Source: a virus
DNA length: 64,000 nucleotides
Strand: one strand, 5' to 3'
Virus record (IMG/VR): IMGVR_UViG_3300011116_000920
Coordinates: 4,368 to 68,367 of that record
Positions 38,043 through 47,987 of this stretch are shown one piece after another (position 1 is the first letter of the stretch; each line of letters starts with the position of its first letter). Both the position numbers and the translations under genes were made by a program. The notes beneath the pieces are model-generated. The model saw only the letters and a program-made list of their open reading frames with translations. It ran no database searches and was not told the DNA's origin.

Positions 38043-38146
38043 ATTCCCCCGCGGAAAATTAAGAAACTATTAACATAGGAGGAGTTGACTTTATCGAATA
38101 TTCCTCCTATATTTGCAACATAATATTTACCAATTACAAAAATGAT

Positions 38147-38509
38147 ATGATAAACGAGCTAAGAAAAAAAGAAGCACAACAAATTAAAAACGAAAACATG
38201 ATAAACAAGATTAATGAAGAAATTGCGGAGCAGTTTGGTTTAAACTTTGATGAATTACTAGATGATTTTTTAGAAGATTCTTATAATGAACATAGGCGAG
38301 GATCTACATTCTATGTACAATCTATTGTGGAAATAGATGAAGAGAATTATCCGGATATTGATAAACAACTTTATGGTTATTGGCAAACAAATCAATATGT
38401 TTTTAGCGATGATTACGGTTATGACAAAAGAGATATTGATACCTTAACGAGAGTAACCGTAAAAGAAAAAACTGTTATTGAAAAATATTGGGAAGAAGTA
38501 GAAAATTAA
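38147..38509 (+). CDS. acidic hypothetical protein
   Basis: Promoter ~38108. Confidence 0.6.
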   Translation: MINELRKKEAQQIKNENMINKINEEIAEQFGLNFDELLDDFLEDSYNEHRRGSTFYVQSIVEIDEENYPDIDKQLYGYWQTNQYVFSDDYGYDKRDIDTLTRVTVKEKTVIEKYWEEVEN

Positions 38510-38519
38510 TGGTAAAATT

Positions 38520-39023
38520 ATGAACAAAGAATTTCCAGCATCTTATAAGCATTTAATTTCCCTAGCGCCCAGGACATTGAAAGAGTTATTATTCAATCAA
38601 TGGGGAGCTAAACAAAACGTAGTATGGCATCCAGAGGGGAATACCTTAAAGCATATTATTGTAGTATTGCGAAGAGCTTATGAAGAGTATCCGGATAATC
38701 CTAATATAATAATGGCAGCTCTATTCCACGACTTAGGGAAAATGGAAACCTATGGTATAAACGAAAAAACGGGGCAGCCAACTGCGTATGGACATGAACA
38801 TAAGTCAGCAGAGTATGTTTTGCAGTATAAAGATTGGATCCTGTCTTTTGAGGGAACGGACATTGAATCCATACATTTTATAGTAAAGAATCACATGTTG
38901 GTAAAGTACCCCAATCCCGTGATAGAATCCATGAGACCCTTTAAGCGAGAAGCCATTGAAAATCATAGGTCATTCAATGATTTAATATCTTTCTCTACAA
39001 TCGACAAAGGAGGAATTATTTAA
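38520..39023 (+). CDS. HD-domain phosphohydrolase (CCA-enzyme/PNKP HD-like)
   Basis: Q...WHPEG..LKH, AALFHDLGK, GHE..SA, V..HM. Confidence 0.85.
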   Translation: MNKEFPASYKHLISLAPRTLKELLFNQWGAKQNVVWHPEGNTLKHIIVVLRRAYEEYPDNPNIIMAALFHDLGKMETYGINEKTGQPTAYGHEHKSAEYVLQYKDWILSFEGTDIESIHFIVKNHMLVKYPNPVIESMRPFKREAIENHRSFNDLISFSTIDKGGII

Positions 39024-39040
39024 CTTTAAAAACATAAATT

Positions 39041-39301
39041 ATGAGCTCAATATCAGTAGAGATAGATGTCGACTTCGAGGATTACCTAGATGAAATTGTT
39101 TATGAATTTAAGAACAGTAATCGTTTCAGGCGACAGCTATTAAAAGCAATGGAAGAAGAGGATATTAAAGTGGTCGACAAAAATGATGAAAATGAGGATG
39201 ATGATGAAAGATGTGTATGGATTAATAAAATTTTAGTTAATTATTGGAAGTTGACTCAAGAAGAAACTGATTTAATTAAAAAAATTGCAGATAGATTTTA
39301 A
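39041..39301 (+). CDS. hypothetical protein
   Basis: ORF. Confidence 0.6.
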   Translation: MSSISVEIDVDFEDYLDEIVYEFKNSNRFRRQLLKAMEEEDIKVVDKNDENEDDDERCVWINKILVNYWKLTQEETDLIKKIADRF

Positions 39302-39380
39302 AATGACATGAAATAATTTGTTTTTGTCATTTTTATTCGTATCTTTGTGTATTATTATTTCACTTTTAAAAATATTAATT

Positions 39381-39578
39381 ATGTCTAAAGAATCGTCTAA
39401 TTCAGGTGTTAGTTTCATGGGTGCATTAACTATCCTATTCACTGCCTTAAAACTTACTAATTATATAGATTGGTCTTGGTGGTGGGTTCTGTCTCCTATG
39501 TGGCTTCCGCTATTTGTTTTATTAATGTCTGCGGGACTAATATCGGTTATTAAGTATGTTAAAAGTACAAAAAAATAA
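39381..39578 (+). CDS. small membrane protein (LKL...IDWSWWWVLSP.W family)
   Basis: Characteristic phage TM motif. Confidence 0.7.
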   Translation: MSKESSNSGVSFMGALTILFTALKLTNYIDWSWWWVLSPMWLPLFVLLMSAGLISVIKYVKSTKK

Positions 39579-39584
39579 ATAGTT

Positions 39585-39848
39585 ATGAGTAGTTTTGATT
39601 ATCAAGGTTTAACGCCTAAAAGAGTATTTCCGGAGTCTATGGATGAAAGTCTCATTGGAAGAAAAGTAATGTATAAAGAGGAATGGAATAATGTCAATGT
39701 TCAATATGAGCATGGTACCATCACTTCATTTAATGAGAGATATATTTTTATTGATTTTAGAGGTAATGGATTTGGGCAAGCGTGTAAATATCATAATGTC
39801 TTGTTAGCCCCCACGAGTATTGCCCCTCACATTTGTACACTACCTTAA
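39585..39848 (+). CDS. hypothetical protein
   Basis: GRKV.Y...E.G.ITS.N..YIF. Confidence 0.6.
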   Translation: MSSFDYQGLTPKRVFPESMDESLIGRKVMYKEEWNNVNVQYEHGTITSFNERYIFIDFRGNGFGQACKYHNVLLAPTSIAPHICTLP

Positions 39849-39862
39849 TTAAATCTTATATC

Positions 39863-40498
39863 ATGTTGTATGTTAGTATTGATATTGAAACAAGTGGATT
39901 GAATCCTAAGAAAGATCAAATCCTATCATTTGGAGCAATCATTGAAGATACAAGTAAAATGTTATCATTTGAAGATTGTCCTAAGTTCTATGCTACTGTT
40001 ATTCATAGACGTATTAAAGGATCTCCGAAAGCATTATTGATGAATGTAGATTTAATTAAAGACATTTCAGATTATTTAGAAAATGAGGATTTAAGTTTAG
40101 ATGATGAAAATAATACATGGAATGGAATTTTTATCGATTCTTTTTTATTGACTGAATCTTTTACTACATTTCTACATACTCATGGATTTAGACATGTTAA
40201 TTCTAAATATAGGATAAATGTAGCTGGAAAGAATTTTGCTATGTTTGATATGTTATTCTTAAATAATCTTCCTGGATGGAATTGTCATGTTCATGTTAAT
40301 AAGAGAGTGTTGGACCCCGCAATTTTATATTTTGATTTGATAAGAGATTCCGAGTTACCATCTTTAGATATATGTAAGATGAGAGCTAAGATTGATGGGG
40401 ATGTTAGTCATAATGCTTTATTGGATGCATGGGATGTTATTCAATTAATAAGACATAAATTTGAAATGACTCACAGCGGAAAATTAACATCTTATTAA
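39863..40498 (+). CDS. DEDDh 3'-5' exonuclease
   Basis: SIDIETSG, AGKNF..FD, HNALLDA. Confidence 0.85.
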   Translation: MLYVSIDIETSGLNPKKDQILSFGAIIEDTSKMLSFEDCPKFYATVIHRRIKGSPKALLMNVDLIKDISDYLENEDLSLDDENNTWNGIFIDSFLLTESFTTFLHTHGFRHVNSKYRINVAGKNFAMFDMLFLNNLPGWNCHVHVNKRVLDPAILYFDLIRDSELPSLDICKMRAKIDGDVSHNALLDAWDVIQLIRHKFEMTHSGKLTSY

Positions 40499-40620
40499 TA
40501 AAGATGGATAAACGTAAGGACAGCGTAATAGCTTGTAAAAAGGTTTCCGAAAAAGTTGCAAATTCAAATCCTGTCATTTCTGCAAAAAAGTTATAAAAAA
40601 TAACACTTTAAAACAAATAA

Positions 40621-40944
40621 ATGATGTTTAGAAAATTAAAAAGAGTATGGTCGTATAATAGTTATTCGTACATACCAAAATTTCAAGAAACGTTTCCTGA
40701 ATTACGAAATGTGTCGTATGAGGATATGTGTGACAGATGGCAATCTCTTAAGATTGATTTCTATACGGAGGAGAAAACAGAAGCAAAATGGTGGGTAAGA
40801 TTAACTCTTCCATTGGCCTTAATGGTTGTTATAGTAATGTGGATTGGACTTCCTTTTCACTATATATTTACGGGTAAATGGTCATATAGCCCCGGAGACA
40901 AAAGCCGAGTTTTAAATTGGTTTCGGTCTTTAGGAATTAGTTAA
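40621..40944 (+). CDS. membrane protein
   Basis: C-terminal TM helix. Confidence 0.6.
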   Translation: MMFRKLKRVWSYNSYSYIPKFQETFPELRNVSYEDMCDRWQSLKIDFYTEEKTEAKWWVRLTLPLALMVVIVMWIGLPFHYIFTGKWSYSPGDKSRVLNWFRSLGIS

Positions 40945-40952
40945 ATTAACAT

Positions 40953-41039
40953 AGCAAGGTGGCGGAATTGGCAGACGCTATACTTAAGCAGTTGAAGCTA
41001 GGTAATTCAACATTGCAGGTTCGAATCCTGCCCTTGCTA
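40953..41039 (+). tRNA. Leu-type pseudo tRNA or tRNA-like RNA lacking an anticodon stem
   Basis: AGCAAGG/CCTTGCT, GGCGGAATTGGCAGACGC D-arm, GTTGAA/TTCAAC stem, GCAGGTTCGAATCCTGC. Confidence 0.65.
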
Positions 41040-41582
41040 CGCAAAAAACATAAGATGGAGTTTCCTTACCTTGTAAAAGATGGGTTTTAGAAATCTTAAC
41101 TAGTCAGGTGGCATATTGGTACGCATTGGGATTATAGTATCACTTGCGAGAATGGATTTATCTTTAAAATATTAAATCAGCGAAGGGGTACGATTCAAAT
41201 TTTTAATAGCGATGGGACTCCTTTAAAATGTGGAGAAAAAATATATTAAAAACTTGTAGGTTGGATATATATTTTCGATAGCCTGTACCCTTGAGAAACT
41301 CGTATTAGCCAGGCTGTGAATATAACGGCAGGTAAGATAAGCAGGCATGCTCTGATATAAAAGGGTAATAGAATAAAGAGCAAGTTTTAACTTAAAAATG
41401 TAAAAAAATGTTTGAGAAGATGTATGAAGGTTTTAAAGATGTAGAGGATCCTAGTAGATTGTATGAAATTAAAATGGATATTAGGAAATCTAGATATGAA
41501 ATGTATGAAAAATGTTTTAGTAACCTAGCAAAGCCTATCGTTAAATTTTTTACCGATGATTGGTTTGTTTTAAAAAGATAAT

Positions 41583-42314
41583 ATGAAAAGTGTAATTATT
41601 GGCGACATTCATGGTAGAACATCATGGGAACAAATTGTTGAAAAAGAAAATGATGCAGATAGATTTATATTTGTAGGAGATTACTTTGATACACATGAAT
41701 CGATAAGAGTCATAATTCAATTACATAATTTTAAACGTTTGATTGAATTTAAGAATGATTCAAAAGCAGATGTTATTATGTTAATTGGTAATCATGACTT
41801 TCATTACATGCCTTTTGCTAATGAAACGTATTCAGGACATCAGAGAGGACATCATCATACTATTCAGATGTTATTGATGGAAAATATAAAGGAGTTATCT
41901 ATGTGTTATAAGATGGATAATTATTTATTTAGTCATGCGGGAGTTAGTTCTAAATGGTTAGAGTACTGGGGTAGTAAGATGAAGGTAAATATGAAGGATG
42001 ATGTTGATGTTATTGTTAATGATTTATTTATTGGTTCTCCCCGCGCTTTTAAATTCGCAGGATGGGACCCTTATGGAGACAGTGCTGAATCTTCTCCTAT
42101 ATGGATCCGGCCTAAGTCATTACAGGAATCTAACTATGATACCTTTCGGAAAGAGTACATCCAGGTTGTAGGCCATACACAACAAAAGAAAATAGATATT
42201 AAGGGGCATACTACGGGAGGGAGATATTACTACATTGACACTCTAGGTACTAGCCAGGAATATCTAATTATCAAAGATGGTGAAGTTAGCGTAGGCCAAT
42301 TAACAAGTGATTAA
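41583..42314 (+). CDS. calcineurin-like metallophosphoesterase
   Basis: GDIHG, GDYFD, GNHD, SHAG, VGHT. Confidence 0.9.
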   Translation: MKSVIIGDIHGRTSWEQIVEKENDADRFIFVGDYFDTHESIRVIIQLHNFKRLIEFKNDSKADVIMLIGNHDFHYMPFANETYSGHQRGHHHTIQMLLMENIKELSMCYKMDNYLFSHAGVSSKWLEYWGSKMKVNMKDDVDVIVNDLFIGSPRAFKFAGWDPYGDSAESSPIWIRPKSLQESNYDTFRKEYIQVVGHTQQKKIDIKGHTTGGRYYYIDTLGTSQEYLIIKDGEVSVGQLTSD

Positions 42315-42378
42315 CAAAAAAAAACTTGGATACTACTCAGAATTGTTCTATATTTATGTAAAGTTGTAAAAATAAAGT

Positions 42379-42744
42379 ATGCAAAAAGAAAATTTTAAAA
42401 ATATCTTGAAATCTTATTATGATGTATGCATTCACATAAGTGATTTACATGATATAGGATTTAATTTATCGGATAATAAACGTTTTCCTATAGATTTTTT
42501 GATTTCTAATATATTCAGTCAAAGTATCCTATCCCATTATAACGATGATGGATTAGATTGGGTAACATGGTATCTCTTTGAATTTATTAAAGTACGTACT
42601 CTTAATTCAGATGATGAGTTGATGTATCCGGATAGAGAACCTGCTGCATGGGATTCCGAGGGTTCTCCTATATGTTTTAATATTGATGTATTATACGATT
42701 ACATTAATAAGAATTGTAAACCTGAAAAACAAGAATGTTGCTAG
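42379..42744 (+). CDS. hypothetical protein
   Basis: DWVTWYLFE motif. Confidence 0.6.
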   Translation: MQKENFKNILKSYYDVCIHISDLHDIGFNLSDNKRFPIDFLISNIFSQSILSHYNDDGLDWVTWYLFEFIKVRTLNSDDELMYPDREPAAWDSEGSPICFNIDVLYDYINKNCKPEKQECC

Positions 42745-43052
42745 TAAAATCAAAAGTTGTACATTGTAAGAAAGAAAGTTATAATGTATATATTGGAAGG
42801 CCGAGCAAGTGGGGGAACCCTTTCACGCACCGGCCGGATGGAAAAACTCTTGCTAAGTATGTAGTGAAAGATAGGAATGCTGCTGTCAATGCTTATAGGG
42901 AATGGATTACAAATGGAGATGGAAAACATTTATTGGAGGATTTACATGAATTAAAAGGTGGAAAGATTCTTGGATGTTGGTGTAAGCCACAAGCATGTCA
43001 TGGAGATGTTTTGTTAGAATTGTTAGATAAATTAACCCTGCAAAATAAATAA
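42735..43052 (+). CDS. DUF4326 protein
   Basis: YIGRPSKWGNPF...LGCWCKPQACHGDVL. Confidence 0.85.
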   Translation: MLLVKSKVVHCKKESYNVYIGRPSKWGNPFTHRPDGKTLAKYVVKDRNAAVNAYREWITNGDGKHLLEDLHELKGGKILGCWCKPQACHGDVLLELLDKLTLQNK

Positions 43053-43053
43053 C

Positions 43054-43296
43054 ATGAATTTAGAATCTATACTTGAAAAATATCCGGATGAAACATTTTT
43101 AAAAGCAGATGGATTTGATGATGCTATACTTGGAGTAGATGAATCTTCCATGCGTCTTATCTATTCTATATCTAAATGTATTGATATTCTGATGGAAGAC
43201 ATGTCAGATGAAGATGCTTTAGAACATTTTTATTATAATGTTAGTGGTGCTTATGTTGGAGAACAAACTCCTATTTGGTGCGATGATTTTGATTAA
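43054..43296 (+). CDS. hypothetical phage protein
   Basis: DGFDDAILG...GAYVGEQTP. Confidence 0.7.
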   Translation: MNLESILEKYPDETFLKADGFDDAILGVDESSMRLIYSISKCIDILMEDMSDEDALEHFYYNVSGAYVGEQTPIWCDDFD

Positions 43297-43311
43297 CTTA
43301 AATTTATTATT

Positions 43312-43869
43312 ATGTACATCTTAATTATTTTATTCATTATTATAATTGGGTATATCCCCGCGATAATTCTCTATTACTATATTAAATCCTATGTGTCTTA
43401 TAAAATAGGATATTATAAATTGAGAAAAAAGTTTGGGTCAATGTCAACCAATCATAAAAGATACAAATTTCCTCCTGTTGCTTTCAAAGATATTCTAAGG
43501 TGCTTTTCAAATAAACGTGATGATAAGTACCAATACCTTGGCATTTCCTGGAATATATTTAAAGAAGGTACAGATTTACATAAACATCTAGAAGACTTTA
43601 TTATGTTTGTTGCAAAGAAAGCTAAACCATGGTGGTGTCCTGCATTTGTGTTGAATCTCCTTCATTTATTTGCTAATGATAACTCCATTGTTAGGTGTAG
43701 GAACCAACATTTATCAGCTGCTCTTAGATATATTACTGGCGGATTGTTAATAACTGATATAAAAGTAAAATATGGTACAATAAGAGTTTATGGCTATTTT
43801 ACTAAAGAGATTGACGAGGAATTAACAAAACTTGAAGAATTAATCGATCCACATTTAGAGGCTTATTGA
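43312..43869 (+). CDS. hypothetical protein
   Basis: N-terminal TM; DIKVKYGTIRVY. Confidence 0.6.
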   Translation: MYILIILFIIIIGYIPAIILYYYIKSYVSYKIGYYKLRKKFGSMSTNHKRYKFPPVAFKDILRCFSNKRDDKYQYLGISWNIFKEGTDLHKHLEDFIMFVAKKAKPWWCPAFVLNLLHLFANDNSIVRCRNQHLSAALRYITGGLLITDIKVKYGTIRVYGYFTKEIDEELTKLEELIDPHLEAY

Positions 43870-43870
43870 T

Positions 43871-44170
43871 ATGATTACACAAAAAAGAAAAGAGTATCTT
43901 AGAAATAGATTTGCTAACTTGTCAGAAGAAAAAAAAGAGGAGCATAGAAAAAAAAGATTAGCGGACTACCATTCAATGTCTGAATATGCTAAAGAAAAAG
44001 AAGTGAAAAGACGACGAAAATATTACATAGAAAACAAAGAGAAGTTAAGAGAAAGACAAAGAGAATACTATGCGAAAAACAGGGAAATTTATGTCGAATA
44101 CGCTAGGAATAAAAGAGAAAAAGAAAAAGAATTAAAAAAGTCGTTAATTAGTTTGGAAGTTACAAAATAA
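43871..44170 (+). CDS. basic helical repeat protein
   Basis: K/R/E-rich YYxxNKE repeats. Confidence 0.55.
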   Translation: MITQKRKEYLRNRFANLSEEKKEEHRKKRLADYHSMSEYAKEKEVKRRRKYYIENKEKLRERQREYYAKNREIYVEYARNKREKEKELKKSLISLEVTK

Positions 44171-44202
44171 TAAGTTATCTTTGTGTCATTAAATGATAGT
44201 TT

Positions 44203-45336
44203 ATGAAAAATGAAAATAGTGTTTGTTTCGTGTCCGTTATAAATAACATTCAATCTATTCCGGATGCTGATAATATAGAACTAGCTGTTATAAATGGCTG
44301 GCACTGTGTTATAAAAAAAGGTTCTCATTCAATTGGAGATTTAGTTATTTGCGCTACTACAGATGCTACAATACCTTTGGAAATTTCAGAAAAATTAGGT
44401 GTCACTAATTATCTCCGTAATAAAGAAAGGGTCAGAACAATTAAGTTAAGAGGCGTTTATAGTGAATGCTTGATAATGCCAATTGATTTAATTCCTGAAA
44501 ATAAAAGGAAAAATGGTGAAGATTTAATGGATGTCCTTAAAATATCTAAGTATGAACCTCCGGTTAAAATGATTAGATTAGCCAATGGTAAAAAGAGAAA
44601 ATACTATGAAAATCCTAATTTTCCCATTTACTACAAATTTCCTAATTTTAAAAATGTTCCTAATATTTTTGATGAAAATGATTATGTAGAAATCACTAGA
44701 AAAATACATGGAACAAATGCAAGATACGGGATTGTTAAGAAGAATAAGCTATCTCTGTGGATCAAAATTAAAAAATTCTTTGGTTTTGAGACAGGTTGGG
44801 ATGAATATGAATTCGTGATAGGTTCTCATAATGTAGAAAAAGGATCTGATAGTCAGGGTTTTTATGATACTAATGTTTGGTATGATATTGATGCAAAATA
44901 TGGTATTAAAGATAAACTTTGGCACCTCGCTAAAAAAAATTTATGGTTGGGTGATGCGGGCATAGGTACAGGTTTTATAATCTACGGTGAAATATATGGA
45001 AAAGGAATCCAGAAAAATTATGAGTATGGGTTAGATGATATACAACTTTGTATTTTTGATGTCGAATTGGATAAAAAGTATTTTAATTTGACTGCTGCTA
45101 AATATGTGGTTGAGGACTATTTAAATCTACCTTATGTTGAAGTACTATATAAAGGACTTTATTCAGAGGAAGTAAAAAATTCATTCGTGTTCAATAATTT
45201 TATAAACAACACTAAAGTTCCTCACGAAGGTGTTGTTATAAAAGCTGTTGATGGAAATAGATCGAAAGTAGCTAAAGTAATAAACCCGGATTACTTAATA
45301 TATAGTGAAAAAAATAATGTCGGGGATTCACATTAA
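44203..45336 (+). CDS. RNA ligase (Rnl2/DRB0094-type) with N-terminal OB domain
   Basis: I..I..ADNIE, LRGVYSE, motif I KIHGTN, YGEIYG, FDV, EGVVIK, AKVI. Confidence 0.85.
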   Translation: MKNENSVCFVSVINNIQSIPDADNIELAVINGWHCVIKKGSHSIGDLVICATTDATIPLEISEKLGVTNYLRNKERVRTIKLRGVYSECLIMPIDLIPENKRKNGEDLMDVLKISKYEPPVKMIRLANGKKRKYYENPNFPIYYKFPNFKNVPNIFDENDYVEITRKIHGTNARYGIVKKNKLSLWIKIKKFFGFETGWDEYEFVIGSHNVEKGSDSQGFYDTNVWYDIDAKYGIKDKLWHLAKKNLWLGDAGIGTGFIIYGEIYGKGIQKNYEYGLDDIQLCIFDVELDKKYFNLTAAKYVVEDYLNLPYVEVLYKGLYSEEVKNSFVFNNFINNTKVPHEGVVIKAVDGNRSKVAKVINPDYLIYSEKNNVGDSH

Positions 45337-45360
45337 TCAATCACAATTATATCACAAAGT

Positions 45361-45582
45361 ATGAGAAAATTTTCTGTTAATTTATTGGTTTTATTTTTCT
45401 TTTTATTAACAACTTGTATTGGATCTTTTATGGTTATGGTATGTTGGAATTTTTCAATTGCAGATTATTTTGAATTGAAAGATTTATCCTTCCTTCAATC
45501 TTTTGGACTTTATGTCATGTTAAGAGTTATCTTAGACAATCCTATAAAAATAGAGGCGACAGATCAGTCGGATAATGAATAA
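45361..45582 (+). CDS. small membrane protein
   Basis: Two hydrophobic helices. Confidence 0.6.
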   Translation: MRKFSVNLLVLFFFLLTTCIGSFMVMVCWNFSIADYFELKDLSFLQSFGLYVMLRVILDNPIKIEATDQSDNE

Positions 45583-45640
45583 TAAAATAAACAAGTATGA
45601 GGCCTTTTTGTAAAGGTCTCATATTTATTTAAAAGACATT

Positions 45641-46294
45641 ATGGATTCTAAGAAAATAGATTCGGTTAAATTTGGAAATCAACCAGAAGAGTATGTAAGA
45701 AAGATTGAGAAAGATAAATACGGAACTCTTAAAAAAGCAAAAGATTCCGGTATGATAGATGAATTTATAAAAAAGTTCCCTCCTCCAAAGAATTCTTCCG
45801 ATACCACAAAGAAAGAACTTGAACATCTTAAAAAGATTTCTGATAATGTTACGGATAAAGAAAAAAGTATGTGTTTTTACATGGAGCATCATCATTTAGA
45901 TTTCTTCGTGAAAACGGCGGAAAAATTGGGTATTAAAGGTGTAGACCGGAAAAAAGTTAACTCCTGGTCGGATGAGGCTTATCCCATAGTATATTTCCTT
46001 AAAGATTACTTTAATAGACCTAGGCCAAACGAACTAGCCGGAGAGTACGGAATTAAACTACATCCTATAACTAGAACCGATGCAAATTCAGCTGCTTACC
46101 CTTCCGGACATACCATGGATTTCCTAGTTATGATTTATCAATTAATGAAATTGAAACCCTCCTCGAGAAAATATTTTGTAGATCTTTATAATAAAATAAA
46201 GGATGTTAGAGAATTATCCGGAGTTCATTACCCTTCGGATAGTGATGGGAGTGAAGAATTGTTCAAATTAATGCTGAAATACAAAATAATATAG
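45641..46294 (+). CDS. PAP2-superfamily phosphatase
   Basis: K....RPRP, YPSGH, R..SGVHYPSD. Confidence 0.85.
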   Translation: MDSKKIDSVKFGNQPEEYVRKIEKDKYGTLKKAKDSGMIDEFIKKFPPPKNSSDTTKKELEHLKKISDNVTDKEKSMCFYMEHHHLDFFVKTAEKLGIKGVDRKKVNSWSDEAYPIVYFLKDYFNRPRPNELAGEYGIKLHPITRTDANSAAYPSGHTMDFLVMIYQLMKLKPSSRKYFVDLYNKIKDVRELSGVHYPSDSDGSEELFKLMLKYKII

Positions 46295-46360
46295 TTATAT
46301 TTGCACAATAAACTTAGCGTGTTTTTTAAAAAAATTTAGTTTACTAAAAAGTTTCAAACA

Positions 46361-47224
46361 ATGAAAGCAGAATTAATTGATTTTATGGGAAGCGACCTTA
46401 AGATTGCAAATGTCGCTCGGGTTTCTTATGATAAAGAAGCATCAAATTACCCAGATAGCCAAAATGAAAATTTATTAGAGTTTTTATGGGAAGAAGGGCA
46501 TGTATCTCCCTTCAGGCATGCGCAACTACAATTTAGGTTGTCCTGTCCAATATATGTAGAAAGGCAGCTTAGAAAGCACGAAATTGGCGTTGAAGTGAAT
46601 TTACCAATGGAGAATATGTCTGTGAATTCGATATCAGGAAGATATGTAGATTTTTCAGATTCTTACTATGCTATTCAAACATTTAGATCCCAGTCAAAAG
46701 ATTCAAAACAAGGCAGTGGCGAAGATTTGAGTAAATTAAGTAATGTGATAGCAAATATTACTCAAGATGAAATAATAGAGAATGCTAAAATAGCTTATGA
46801 AAAATTACTTGAATTAGGAACAAGTAAAGAACAGGCTAGATCCGTACTTCCATTATCCTTGGAGACAACTTTTATTTGGACTATGAGTTTTTTAGCTTTT
46901 ATGCACTTGGTTAAATTAAGAATCAAGAATGACGTACAGAAAGAGACTAGAGACTTAGTTGCAGATATGTTGGAGCAAGTGAAAAATATGCCGGGTAATC
47001 CTTTTAAGAAGTCTTTAGAACTCTTAGAAAGAAAAGAAGAGGCGTTTGTTGTGACAAACAATAGCGGAGATATTATATCTATATTTACTAGTCTAAGAAA
47101 ATTAAAAAAACATTTTTCGAATAAAGGTTGGATTTTTGATAAAACTTCTTTATCTTTGCAGAATAATTTGAAAACATTATTTATTACTAAAATGGGATTA
47201 GACGAAAGTTATGAAAAGATCTAA
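46361..47224 (+). CDS. thyX: FAD-dependent thymidylate synthase
   Basis: ARVSY, H.SPF, RQL.KH...NSISGRY, EQARSVLP, LR...Q.E. Confidence 0.92.
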   Translation: MKAELIDFMGSDLKIANVARVSYDKEASNYPDSQNENLLEFLWEEGHVSPFRHAQLQFRLSCPIYVERQLRKHEIGVEVNLPMENMSVNSISGRYVDFSDSYYAIQTFRSQSKDSKQGSGEDLSKLSNVIANITQDEIIENAKIAYEKLLELGTSKEQARSVLPLSLETTFIWTMSFLAFMHLVKLRIKNDVQKETRDLVADMLEQVKNMPGNPFKKSLELLERKEEAFVVTNNSGDIISIFTSLRKLKKHFSNKGWIFDKTSLSLQNNLKTLFITKMGLDESYEKI

Positions 47225-47714
47225 AGGTATTTTTTACATTGAAGGAGTTATAGGAAGCGAAGTATATGCTTCTCTATTTAGAAAAAATTTGTACGGAAAA
47301 GAGAATTATGATAAAACCATAATTTTTGATGAAATTATGCATAAAATAAATGGAGAAATAAGGATAGAGTCCTTAGTTTATCCAGGAAAAAACGCTAAGA
47401 TAATTCAACAAAATGAATTTGACAATAACGGAATTTCAAAAATTGGACTTGTTTCAGATAAAATAGAAAATGTTTACTTTTTATACCCCCCTACGGGTTG
47501 GTATGATAGCGAAATACATTTAGATGAGCAAGGAGAAGTTGAACAAGTCATTTTTGATTTTAAGTATTTAGATTCAGAAAATCCGGACGATATAGATGAT
47601 TTACTATTCTTTGATTCAAAGTACCTTCGTCTATTTATGGATAGTTCTCTAAAAGTAAAAGACTGTTATAAATTCACAAACTTAAATTTATTATGTTACA
47701 ATCACAAGATTTAA
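47211..47714 (+). CDS. hypothetical protein
   Basis: ORF. Confidence 0.55.
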   Translation: MKRSKGIFYIEGVIGSEVYASLFRKNLYGKENYDKTIIFDEIMHKINGEIRIESLVYPGKNAKIIQQNEFDNNGISKIGLVSDKIENVYFLYPPTGWYDSEIHLDEQGEVEQVIFDFKYLDSENPDDIDDLLFFDSKYLRLFMDSSLKVKDCYKFTNLNLLCYNHKI

Positions 47715-47986
47715 AAAGGGATTTACCTAAATTTATTATTGCTTCTACTTCTTATTCATCAGAAGAAACCTTTATATTTGAAGCAGAAGACATAAAAGGC
47801 CGTCCAAAAATAGTAAGATGTGGAGGAATTGAAGAGTTAACCGGATTAGCTAAGAGATGGGGAAATGAAAATTGGGAATCAAAGGAAGATGCGGTTAATT
47901 TATATGCCTCAGGTTCCTATGTACTTGTCAAAAAAGAAGTATCGGATTTTGACAGTGCTTATTTATATATGTTAAAAAATCATTAA
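47693..47986 (+). CDS. hypothetical protein
   Basis: ORF. Confidence 0.55.
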   Translation: MLQSQDLKRDLPKFIIASTSYSSEETFIFEAEDIKGRPKIVRCGGIEELTGLAKRWGNENWESKEDAVNLYASGSYVLVKKEVSDFDSAYLYMLKNH

Positions 47987-47987
47987 A

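Larger units (their letters stand above)
16111..38115 (+). promoter_or_regulatory. 17 hairpin-embedded promoters (GGGGA..TTG-N-..TCCCC-TATCTTTG)
   Basis: Copies at ~16111, 18068, 19150, 19631, 19969, 21807, 22055, 23642, 24160, 24544, 26624, 27381, 28158, 28533, 29354, 29940, 38074. Confidence 0.75.
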
